The position numbers and the translations under genes were made by a program. This document shows, piece by piece, positions 1-14,200 of a stretch of DNA of 64,000 bases. The notes under the pieces were generated by a model. That model ran no database searches. It saw only the letters and a program-made list of their open reading frames with translations, and was not told the DNA's origin. Every line of letters begins with the position of its first letter. The first letter of the stretch is position 1. Origin of the DNA: the human T2T-CHM13v2.0 reference genome, Homo sapiens; the NCBI RefSeq assembly GCF_009914755.1, contig NC_060943.1; one strand, 5' to 3'.

Positions 1-217
1 GGAGAATGAGCATGTGCCTGGGGCCAGCGCCTCAGCTGAGCTCCCCAGCTGCCCCCACAGGTCTCAGACTCAGGGGTCCAGGAAGCCCTCTGTTCCTGCC
101 CTCCCACACCCCATTCCGCAGCCCCTGACCAGAGAGGCAGACCACCCTTCCTCCCCCGCTGCCTCTGTGGGTCTGGCCCTGAGGTGGCAGCACCTGCCCT
201 GGCCCCGGGCAGCTCAC

Positions 218-753
218 CATGGTGGGGCAGTAGCCGGCACAGATGGTGGTGTTGACGGTGATGCACACGGGGCAGCCCTCCTTCTCCACAGCCAGGGTGG
301 CATTGATGGGGCGGCACCGTGGCCGAAGCGGCTCCTTGGATGCCCATGTCCCGCCCATGCTCAGCAGCAGCAACAGCAGCAGCCCCTGGGACAAGGACAC
401 TGCTTCACCCGGGTCTGAGACCGCAGCCCCGAGTCCTGGCCTTCCCATCCCGCGTGGTACACCACCCACAAAGACCCAGAGACCCTTCCCGGCATCTCCT
501 ATTCAGGACCCACCACCCGGACACCTGCCTTTCAGAGCCCACCCCACAGCCCAGAGGACCTGAGATACCCCAACATTTCAGATCCCCACCCTCAGGAAAT
601 GCCCCACCTGAAGCTTACTGGGGGTCACGCTCCTCCAGAAAGAGGCCTCCTTACACAGCTCACACGGGTCTGACCCCTTCTCATGCCAGTGATTGCCTGG
701 AAGGAGGTGGAAGGTGCCCAGGGGCCCTGCAGTCTTACCTGGAACATCTCCAT
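218..753 (-). CDS. CGB3: Chorionic gonadotropin beta subunit, partial (exons 1-2; exon 3 lies left of the window)
   Basis: Exon 1 CDS 753-739 (ATG GAG ATG TTC CAG|gtaaga). Exon 2 385-218 (168 nt, [56 protein letters not shown]|gtgag). Paralog name comes from its position and orientation as the first CGB before CGB2. Confidence 0.9.
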
Positions 754-1476
754 CCTTGGTGCGTCCCCTGCCTCGTGTACCTGGCTTTATACCTCGGGGT
801 TGTGGGGGCGGCAAGGCCACCAGGAGGTTGTAGGATGCTGGGGTGAGCTCGACACTAACCCCTTGGGGGGCAAGAGGTAGACAAGGCCAGGGGGGCTCAG
901 GAGTGGCTCAGCGGAGCGCCCCAGCCCTCTCCCCTCAGTGGTCCAGCGCCAAGGGTGAGGCGGAGACCACGGTGAAGTGACCTCAGAGACTCAGTCGTCG
1001 AGTGCTAGGGACTAGTCGAGGCTGGAGGCACAGGGAGTAGGGTGTAGGAAGGCCTGCCTCTGCCTATGGTGGGGTCTTGGAAGCCAGGAGGAGGCCGTGA
1101 CCCGAGCAAAGTGCTGGACTGAAGCCTCAACCCTCCTCTACTTGAGGCTTTCCTGCACCACAGTCCAACCTCCCAGGAGGGGCGCGGCTTCGGACTTAGC
1201 TTCTGCCCAATGAGAGAGGGCCTCCCCGTGACTGTGCTGCCAGGGAAGCCACTTGACCCTGGTGCCCCCCAACGAGGGATTCAGCCCGAGCCCCACCTCT
1301 CCCTTAGGGACCTCCGCCCACCCTACCCTCAAGCCAGGATGCCCGGAGCGGTCCCCGGAAATGCGTGTGCTTCAGGTGATTTAACTGATTATTGAATAGG
1401 CCCGCAGGGGGTGTGTCCTGCCCGCGGGGCCGCAGCCTCGGAGGACATTATCTGGACTTAGTCCCTTCCCCGCGAT
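754..1476 (-). promoter_or_regulatory. CGB3 long 5' UTR (containing the relic LHB TATA box, 786-791) and GC-rich CGB proximal promoter
   Basis: Collinear with the upstream regions of CGB5, CGB8 and CGB7 up to the junction at 1476/1477. TATAAA on the minus strand at 786-791. Confidence 0.75.
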
Positions 1477-2241
1477 GCCATCAAGCTGGACAATTTTAAG
1501 GTCTGTTTCTTTCCCAGTGTAGGGTATAGGTTGGCACAGGGAAGAGGGCTAGAAACCTGACTTGAGCTCCCCACCCAGGGCTGAACTCTCCAGCATCCTG
1601 ATCACTTCTCATTGAACCTTGCTTATACTCCCCGTGTGATCGGTAGCTCTTTATCTCAAAACAGAATATTCTAAGCCAACCCCTGCCCGCTCTCACCAAG
1701 TAAGATTTCTCATTTGAACCCCAGCTCCCAGATACTTAAAGGCCTTCTGTAGACCATGTCCTCAAGGTCCCCTGGCCATCTGCTTGCATGTTCCAGTTTC
1801 TCTCCTCCCCCATGCACATCGTGAAATGTGCCCTCCCACTCCCCAGGATGAGCAAGGTGGTGTCCTCTGTGACTGAGCAGTCAGCAACTTAACACCAAAG
1901 GTCACCAATGATCAAATCCATGAGAGTTGATCCGAGGAGTTATGTATTAGGGCTACGAAAGAGTAAACACTCAGTAAATAGTGGCTATTATTATCATCAT
2001 CATCATCATCATCATGATTACCCTCAAGTTCCCCTGGGAGAGCTCCTATTCAACCTTCAAAACCACATGTGGTGGCACCCATCCTGCAGAGATTGAGCTC
2101 AAATTCAGAGAGTTGTGATTTTGTGATGATTTGATGAGTTCCCCAACTGGGGTCCGTCCGTAGAGCAGCTGGGCCAACCCTGAGGTCTCTCAGCATCCAG
2201 CTCTGTTCTTTTTCTGCCTGACCAGTTCCTGGGTATAAGTC

Positions 2242-2875
2242 TCAGGCCCGGCCAGTCCGGCTGAGGAGTGTGCAGACACAGGCTGTGCCAATTTGAATCC
2301 ATCGCCAGTCCACACGGCCCTGGGCATCAGCGGTCAATGCCCGCACATAGGACTGCTTGGCCTTGCACTCAGACACCCAGTGCCCCCCGGTCCACACCCC
2401 GGCGGCAGCCCCTCCACCTACCCCCGGGCCACCTTCCTCAGATTTATCGGCCTCGAAGCGGGCAACAAAGAAGTGCTGGCGGAGGGAACTGCCGACAGCT
2501 GCAGGCACCTCGCCCAACACCTCCACCTCGAGCACACCCAAGTCCACAGCAGTCCAGGGGTCTGTCACCCAGACACTGACTGCATCGCACACGGCCAGCT
2601 CACCCTGATGACTCGCCGGTGAAGTATCGCTCACCCCTCGCTGGCTGCGGTTGGCCCGGGCGCCTGCTGACTCCCGAAAGGCTCCAGTCTCCAGCAGGAA
2701 GACCAGAGGGGGCCCGGCAGCGGCACCCCTAGACAGGACCACTCGGGGGAAAAGAAGGTCCCACTCTGGAGGAGGAAAAGGCGACAATGTCGAGGATGGG
2801 GTTAGGACTCCATTGACACACTGGGGAGGAGGAAAATGAGGGGGATGCGGAGGGAGCCTGGGGGAGTGGGAGCAT
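2242..2875 (-). pseudogene. NTF6A: NTF4-derived unprocessed pseudogene (neurotrophin-6 alpha)
   Basis: Aligns with the NTF4 coding exon (38154-38786). The native ATG at 2875 is out of frame with the mature domain (two 1-nt deletions plus a TAA in the signal/pro region). The splice acceptor changed from cag to cgt, furin site RSRR to RSQR, and two of six cysteines are lost. Greek-letter name from recalled cluster order. Confidence 0.85.
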
Positions 2876-3095
2876 CTCTCAGAGCATCTCTCAGAGCACA
2901 CGGAGACAGGGAAAAGGAGGCTGGGGTTAGAGAAGAGGATAAACACTTCAGTGGGGTCAGAAGTTGGAAACCCCAGGGGAGGCCTGCCTGCCAGGATTAT
3001 GGGGAAGCCCTTGCTCTAGAAGTTTGGGGGACTCCATATATAGGACTTGCATCACACCCAACTTGTAGATTAATAATAAATATTCAACAACTACA

Positions 3096-4959
<1,864 letters not shown>

Positions 4960-4975
<16 letters not shown>

Positions 4976-5618
4976 ACATTCCACAATTTAGAGAAAGTGC
5001 ACAACCTGGAATCCTAGGGAGACCCCGATTCACCTCAAAACTGCCACTAAGGAGGTAAAACGCTGCCCCTCTGAGGCAGGCTTCAGTTTCCCTGTGTGTG
5101 AAATTGACCTGGCGCTGGGAGAGGCTGGTGGAGGCGCGGATTTTGCAGTTTCCCTACAACATTCTGGAAGCCTGTGGTTCTGGGAAAGGTTGGCGTGGAG
5201 AAGACTGGGAAACAACCAGTGGTCACCAGAGCTGTAGCACCTCCTCCACCTCGGAGCTCTGGGGCTAGGAACCCCAGGCTTCGGGGCCCCTGTGGAGGAC
5301 GCAGGTGGCCCCCTCTTTCCTGACATCTCAGGAGAGGGAGGGGCAACCGGCTAGCAGAAGAAAAGCACAGGAAGGTTATACAGCCAGATGGGGAAGGGGC
5401 CAAATCCCTGAACAACCCCTTCCCAGAGTTCCTCTTCAAGTGCAGGGTACCCAAGAGTCAAGGCCCCGCCCCCTTTCCAGAGGCCCCTTTTCTACCCAGG
5501 TGATGGGTCCTAGCTGGGATGGGAGGCAGATGGACGGAGGGGAGGGGGGAGGAGGGGAAGGGAGAGGCAGTGGATGAAGGAGGATGGAAGAGATGACATC
5601 CCCCTCGGCCCATTCATC
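4960..5618 (-). pseudogene. Duplicated NTF4 non-coding first exon and proximal promoter (5' part of the NTF6A unit)
   Basis: Collinear with ~40250-40918. The exon donor read as ACAG|gtctgg in NTF4 (40527) is ACAG|ctctgg here. Confidence 0.75.
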
Positions 5619-5714
5619 CCATTCAGGTCCCCAAGCCGCGCCCCCCTCCGCCCCACCTGCACTGCCAGTGCCAACGTCAGAGGGAGGAAGAGGGAGCTCG
5701 GCTTAGAAGGCTGA

Positions 5715-6278
<564 letters not shown>

Positions 6279-6484
6279 TAGTTGTTGAATATTTATTATT
6301 AATCTACAAGTTGGGTGTGATGCAAGTCCCATACATGGAGTCCCCCAGACTTCTAGAGCAAGGGCTTCCCCATAATCCTGGCAGGCAGGCCTCCCCTGGG
6401 GTTCCCAACTTCTGACCCCACTGAAGTGTTTATCCTCTTCTCTAATCCCAGCCTCCTTTTCCCTGTTTCCATGTCCTCTGAGAG

Positions 6485-7119
6485 ATGCTCCCGCTCCCCC
6501 AGGCTCCCTCTGCATCCCCCTCATTTTCTTCCTCCCCAGTGTGTCAATGGAGTCCTAACCCCCACCCTTGACATTGTCGCGTTTTCCTCCTCCAGAGTGG
6601 GACCTTATTTTCCCCCAAGTGGTCCTGTCTAGGGGTGCCGCTGCCGGGCCCCCTCTGGTCTTCCTGCTGGAGACTGGGGCCTTTCGGGAGTCAGCAGGCA
6701 CCCGGGCCAACCGCAGCCAGCGAGGGGTGAGCGATACTTCACCGGCGAGTCATCAGGGTGAGCTGGCCGTGTGCGATGCAGTCAGTGTCTGGGTGACAGA
6801 CCCCCGGACCGCTGTGGACTTGGTTGTGCTCGAGGTGGAGGTGTTGGGTGAGGTGCCTGCAGCTGGCAGCAGTTCCCTCCACCAACACTTCTTTGTCACC
6901 TTCTTCAAGGCCGATAACTCTGAAGAAGGTGGCCCAGGGGTAGGTGGAGGGGCTGCCGCTGGGGTGTGGACCGGGGGGCACTGGGTGTCTGAGTGCAAGG
7001 CCAAGCAGTCCTATGTGCGGGCATTGACCGCTGATGCCCAGGGCCGTGTGGACTGGCGATGGATTCAAACTGGCACAGCCTGTGTCTGCACACTCCTCAG
7101 CCGGACTGGCCGGGCCTGA
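6485..7119 (+). pseudogene. NTF6G: NTF4-derived unprocessed pseudogene (neurotrophin-6 gamma)
   Basis: ATG homolog at 6485, frameshifted signal region, mutated acceptor, pro/mature region open to the native TGA at 7119, two cysteines lost. Confidence 0.8.
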
Positions 7120-8182
7120 GACTTATACCCAGGAACTGGTCAGGCAGAAAAAGAACAGAGCTGGATGCTGAGAGACCTCAGGGTTGGCCCAGCTGCTCTA
7201 CGGACGGACCCCAGTTGGGGAACTCATCAAATCATCGCAAAATCTCAACTCTCTGAATTTGAGCTCAATCTCTGTAGGATGGGTGCAACAACGTGGGGTT
7301 TTGAAGGTTGAATAGGAGCTCTCCCAGGGGAACTTGAGGGTAATCATGATGATGATGATAATAATAATAGGCACTATTTACTGAGTGTTTACTCTTTCGT
7401 AGCCCTAATACATAACTCCTCGGATCAACTCTCATGGATTTGATCATTGGTGACCTTTGGTGTTAAGTTGCTGACTGCTCAGTCACAGAGGACACCACCT
7501 TGCTCATCCTGGGGAGTGGGAGGGCACATTTCACGATGTGCATGGGGGAGGAGAGAAACTGGAACATGCAAGCAGATGGCCAGGGGACCTTGAGGACATG
7601 GTCTACAGAAGGCCTTTAAGTATCTGGGAGCTGGGGTTCAAATGAGAAATCTTACTTGGTGAGAGCAGGCAGGGGTTGGCTTAGAATATTCTGTTTTGAG
7701 ATAAAGAGCTACCGATCACACGGGGAGTATAAGCAAGGTTCAATGAGAAGTGATCAGGATGCTGGAGAGTTCAGCCCTGGGCGGGGAGCTCAAGTCAGGT
7801 TTCTAGCCCTCTTCCCTGTGCCAACCTATACCCTACACTGGGAAAGAAACAGACCTTAAAATTGTCCAGCTTGATGGCATCGCGGGGAAGGGACTAAGTC
7901 CAGATAATGTCCTCCGAGGCTGCGGCCTCGGGGGCAGGACACACCTCCTGCGGGCCTATTCAATAATCAGTTAAATCACCTGAAGCACACGCATTTCCGG
8001 GGACCGCTCCGGGCATCCTGGCTTGAGGGTAGAGTGGGCAGAGGTCCCTAAGGGAGAGGTGGGGCTCGGGCTGAATCCCTCGTTGGCGGCACCAGGGTCA
8101 AGTGGCTAACCTGGCAGCACAGTCACGGGGAGGCCCTCTCTCATTGGGCAGAAACTAAGTCCGAAGCCGCGCCCCTCCTGGG

Positions 8183-8906
8183 CGAGGAGGTTCCACCTCC
8201 TAGGTTCCTGTGATTCTCCTGCCTCAGCCCGAGTAGTGGGACATCCCACTTGCTCCCGCCATTCTGTTTACCACAGGTGACGACCGCCATGGCTGACAGG
8301 CAGGGAGGTCCCCCGAGGACCGAGCAAGCCTCGGTCTCCCAAAAAAAAAAAAGATACATTGAAGTAATTTAAAAACACTTAGGAAGATGTCATTTCTTCC
8401 TATCAAGGCGTCCTCCCTTTATGTTTTGTTATTATATAGGGAACGATAAAAAAATTTTTTTCTCAACCAATGTGGACCCGGTTGGCCTCGAACTCGTACC
8501 CTCGAACCCTCCCCTCCCTGAGGGCCCGAGGGCACGCGCAACCGGCCGGAGCCACAATAGCTCGGGGTGTCGGGGATCTCCTTTCTTCCTTTTGACCTTA
8601 CGCAGGGTGATGGAGCCAATCAGGAGAGGCTCACCCCTGACGTCACCCAGTCCCCAGGGCCAGTGAGGGCCCTGCGTTCCGTGGCGCCCCCTGGAGGGAG
8701 GAAGGGGAACTGTATCTGAGAGAGAGCAGCCAATTGGGTCCGCTGACTCCGGCCGGGTTCCCGTGCCGCGTCCAACACCCCTCACTCCCTGTCTCACTCC
8801 CCCACGGAGACTCAATTTACTTTCCATGTCCACATCCCCAGTGCTTGCGGAAGATATCCCGCTAAGAGAGAGACATGTCAAAGGTAGGGTAGATCGACAT
8901 TTCCAG
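8183..8906 (+). promoter_or_regulatory. CGB2-specific ~724 bp insertion replacing the CGB proximal promoter/5' UTR; supplies a new promoter, a new exon 1 and SNAR-G2
   Basis: Homology to CGB5 upstream stops after cccctcctggg (8182) and resumes at gcaccaa (8907). Contains an Alu-derived fragment (~8190-8250), CCAAT at 8616-8620 and 8730-8734, and a perfect CRE TGACGTCA at 8638-8645. Confidence 0.85.
8448..8566 (-). ncRNA. SNAR-G2: snaR (small NF90-associated RNA), RNA polymerase III transcript
   Basis: CCCGAGCTATTGTGGCTCCGGCCGGTTGCGCGTGCCCTCGGGCCCTCA... with B box GAGTTCGAGGCC, oligo(A) and a T7 terminator. 119 nt; matches the recalled snaR family sequence. Confidence 0.9.
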
Positions 8907-10000
8907 GCACCAAAGATGGAGATGTTCCAGGAAAGACTGCAGGGCCCCTGGGCACCTTCCACCTGCTTCCAGGCCATCACTGGCATGAGAAGGGGCAGAC
9001 CAGTGTGAGCTGCGGAAGGAGGCCTCTTTCTGGAGGAGCGTGACCCCCAGTAAGCTTCAGGTGGGGCAGTTCCTGAGGGTGGGGATCTAAAATGTTGGGG
9101 TATCTGAGATCCTCTGGGCTGTGGGGTGGGCTCTGAAAGGCAGGTGTCCGGGTGGTGGGTCCTGAATAGGAGATGCCACGAAGGGTCTCTGGGTCTTTGT
9201 GGGTGGTGTACCACGCGGGATGGGAAGGCCAGGACTCGGGGCTGCGGTCTCAGACCCGGGTGAAGCAGTGTCCTTGTCCCAGGGGCTGCTGCTGTTGCTG
9301 CTGCTGAGCATGGGCGGGACATGGGCATCCAAGGAGCCGCTTCGGCCACGGTGCCGCCCCATCAATGCCACCCTGGCTGTGGAGAAGGAGGGCTGCCCCG
9401 TGTGCATCACCGTCAACACCACCATCTGTGCCGGCTACTGCCCCACCATGGTGAGCTGCCCGGGGCCGGGGCAGGTGCTGCCACCTCAGGGCCAGACCCA
9501 CAGAGGCAGCGGGGGAGGAAGGGTGGTCTGCCTCTCTGGTCAGGGGCTGCGGAATGGGGTGTGGGAGGGCAGGAACAGAGGGCTTCCTGGACCCCTGAGT
9601 CTGAGACCTGTGGGGGCAGCTGGGGAGCTCAGCTGAGGCGCTGGCCCCAGGCACATGCTCATTCTCCCACTCACACGGCTTCCAGACCCGCGTGCTGCAG
9701 GGGGTCCTGCCGGCCCTGCCTCAGGTGGTGTGCAACTACCGCGATGTGCGCTTCGAGTCCATCCGGCTCCCTGGCTGCCCGCGCGGCGTGAACCCCGTGG
9801 TCTCCTACGCCGTGGCTCTCAGCTGTCAATGTGCACTCTGCCGCCGCAGCACCACTGACTGCGGGGGTCCCAAGGACCACCCCTTGACCTGTGATGACCC
9901 CCGCTTCCAGGCCTCCTCTTCCTCAAAGGCCCCTCCCCCCAGCCTTCCAAGCCCATCCCGACTCCCGGGGCCCTCAGACACCCCGATCCTCCCACAATAA
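8875..10000 (+). CDS. CGB2: Chorionic gonadotropin beta 2 (163 aa, MSKGLLLL...RFQASSSS...PILPQ)
   Basis: Exons 8875-8883 (ATG TCA AAG|gtaggg), 9283-9450 and 9686-10000. The TAA stop is embedded in the AATAAA signal (9996-10001). The old exon-1 donor changed from GT to GA at 8931-8932. Confidence 0.9.
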
Positions 10001-10131
10001 AGGCTTCTCAATCCGCACTCTGGCGGTGTCTTTCTATGGGCTCAGGGCAACCACACACACAGGGTGGGTCCAGCTTCCAAACCATTTTATACAGAGTCAC
10101 AGTACAGAACTCTGGTAGAAAACAGGGTGGA

Positions 10132-12235
<2,104 letters not shown>

Positions 12236-12392
12236 CGTCCACCCTGTTTTCTACCAGAGTTCTGTACTGTGACTCTGTATAAAATAGTTTGGAAGCTGGA
12301 CCCACCCTGTGTGTGTGATTGCCCTGAGCCCACAGAAAGACACCTCCAGAGTGCGGATTGAGAAGCCTTTATTGTGGGAGGATCGGGGTGTC

Positions 12393-13494
12393 CTAGGGCC
12401 CCGGGAGACGGGATGGACTTGGAAGGCTGGGGGGAGGGGCCTTTGAGGAAGAGGAGTCCTGGAAGCGGGGGTCATCACAGGTCAAGGGGTGGTCCTTGGG
12501 ACCCCCGCAGTCAGTGGTGCTGCGGCGGCAGAGTGCACATTGACAGCTGAGAGCCACGGCGTAGGAGACCACGGGGTTCACGCCGCGCGGGCAGCCAGGG
12601 AGCCGGATGGACTCGAAGCGCACATCGCGGTAGTTGCACACCACCTGAGGCAGGGCCGGCAGGACCCCCTGCAGCACGCGGGTCTGGAAGCCGTGTGAGT
12701 GGGGGAATGAGCATGTGCCTGGGGCCAGCGCCTCAGCTGAGCTCCCCAGCTGCCCCCACAGGTCTCAGACTCAGGGGTCCAGGAAGCCCTCTGTTCCTGC
12801 CCTCCCACACCCCATTCCGCAGCCCCTGACCAGAGAGGCAGACCACCCTTCCTCCCCCGCTGCCTCTGTGGGTCTGGCCCTGAGGTGGCAGCACCTGCCC
12901 TGGCCCCGGGCAGCTCACCATGGTGGGGCAGTAGCCGGCACAGATGGTGGTGTTGACGGTGATGCACACGGGGCAGCCCTCCTTCTCCACAGCCAGGGTG
13001 GCATTGATGGGGCGGCACCGTGGCCGAAGCGGCTCCTTGGATGCCCATGTCCCGCCCATGCTCAGCAGCAGCAACAGCAGCAGCCTCTGGGGCAAGGACA
13101 CTGCTTCACCCGGGTCTGAGACTGCAGCCCCCAGTCCTGGCCTTCCCATCCCGCATGGTACACCACCCACAAAGACCCAGAGACCCTTCCCGGCATCTTC
13201 TATTCAGGACCCACCACCCGGACACCTGCCTTTCAGAGCCCACCCCACAGCCCAGAGGACCTGAGATACCCCAACATTTCAGATCCGCACCCTCAGGAAC
13301 TGACCCACCTGAAGCTTACTGGGGGTCACGCTCCTCCAGAAAGAGGCCTCCTTCCACAGCTCACACGGGTCTGCCCCTTCTCATGCCAGTGATGGCCTGG
13401 AAGGAGGTGGAAGGTGCCCAGGGGCCCTGCAGTCTTTCCTGGAACATCTCCATCTTTGGTGCCCGGAAATGTGGATCTACCCTACCTTTGACAT
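12393..13494 (-). CDS. CGB1: Chorionic gonadotropin beta 1 (155 aa, MSKRLLLL...SRLPGP, C-terminally truncated)
   Basis: Exons 13494-13486, 13086-12919 and 12683-12393. A premature TAG replaces Ser138 of the CTP. The old donor is mutated to GA. Confidence 0.9.
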
Positions 13495-14200
13495 GTCTCT
13501 CTCTTAGCGGGATATCTTCCGCAAGCACTGGGAATGTGGACATGGAAAGTAAATTGAGTCTCCGTGGGGGAGTGAGACAGGGAGTGAGGGGTGTTGGACG
13601 CGGCACGGGAACCTGGCCCGAGTCAGCGGACCCAATTGGCTGCTCTCTCTCAGATGCAGTTCCCCTTCCTCCCTCCAGGGGGCGCCACGGAACGCAGGGC
13701 CCTCACTGGCCCTGGGGACTGGGTGACGTCAGGGATGAGCCTCTTGTGATTGGCTCCATCACCCTGCGTAAGATCAAAGGGAAGAAAGGATGGGCCCGAC
13801 AACCGGAGCCATTGTGGCTCCGGCCGATTGAGCCTGCCCTCGGGCTCTCAAGGCTAGGCGAGGGTGTGAGGGACTGGAGTTCGAGGTCAACCTGGGCCCC
13901 ATTGGTAGGAAAAAAAAAAAAAATTTTTTTATCGTTCCCTATATAACAACAAAACATAAAGGGAGGACGCCTTGATAGGAAGAAATGACATCTTCCTAAG
14001 TGTTTTTAAATTACTTCAATGTATCTTTTTTTTTTTTTTTTTGGGATACCGAGCCTTGCTCGGTCCTCGGGGGACCTCCCTGCCTGTCAGCCATGGCGGT
14101 CGTCACCTGTGGTAAACAGAATGGCGGGAGCAAGTGGGATGTCCCACTACTCGGGCTGAGGCAGGAGAATCACAGGAACCTAGGAGGTGGAACCTCCTCG
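13463..14200 (-). promoter_or_regulatory. CGB1-specific ~738 bp promoter/exon-1 insertion containing SNAR-G1
   Basis: Reverse-complement homolog of 8183-8906. CRE TGACGTCA at 13724-13731; CCAAT (minus strand) at 13749-13753. Confidence 0.85.
13803..13930 (+). ncRNA. SNAR-G1: snaR (small NF90-associated RNA), RNA polymerase III transcript
   Basis: CCGGAGCCATTGTGGCTCCGGCCGATTGAGCCTGCCCTCGGG... with B box GAGTTCGAGGTC, oligo(A) and a T7 terminator at 13924-13930. 128 nt. Confidence 0.9.

Noticed and set aside
32-469. 145-aa ORFs (also 9199, 12733, 21278, 24806, 31440) containing the hCG-beta N-terminal half
   Set aside because: They are exon 2 read through flanking intron sequence; canonical splice sites define the real CDS.
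1908-2096. Short ORFs with YYYHHHHH runs repeated near each NTF copy
   Set aside because: Translation of an (ATT)n(CAT)n microsatellite in a MIR-like remnant, copied by segmental duplication. Not evidence of a His-rich peptide.
5124-5131. E. coli Chi octamer GCTGGTGG (also 17255-17262 on the minus strand, 29917-29924, 40419-40426)
   Set aside because: All are copies of one ancestral site in the NTF4 intron. Chi is RecBCD-specific, and the junctions I mapped fall elsewhere, mostly in Alus.
8432-9349. 305-aa and 308-aa (13020..13946) ORFs antisense to CGB2/CGB1 running through the snaR
   Set aside because: Non-ATG starts, GC-rich low-stop sequence and no recognisable domain. Their similarity is explained by recent duplication.
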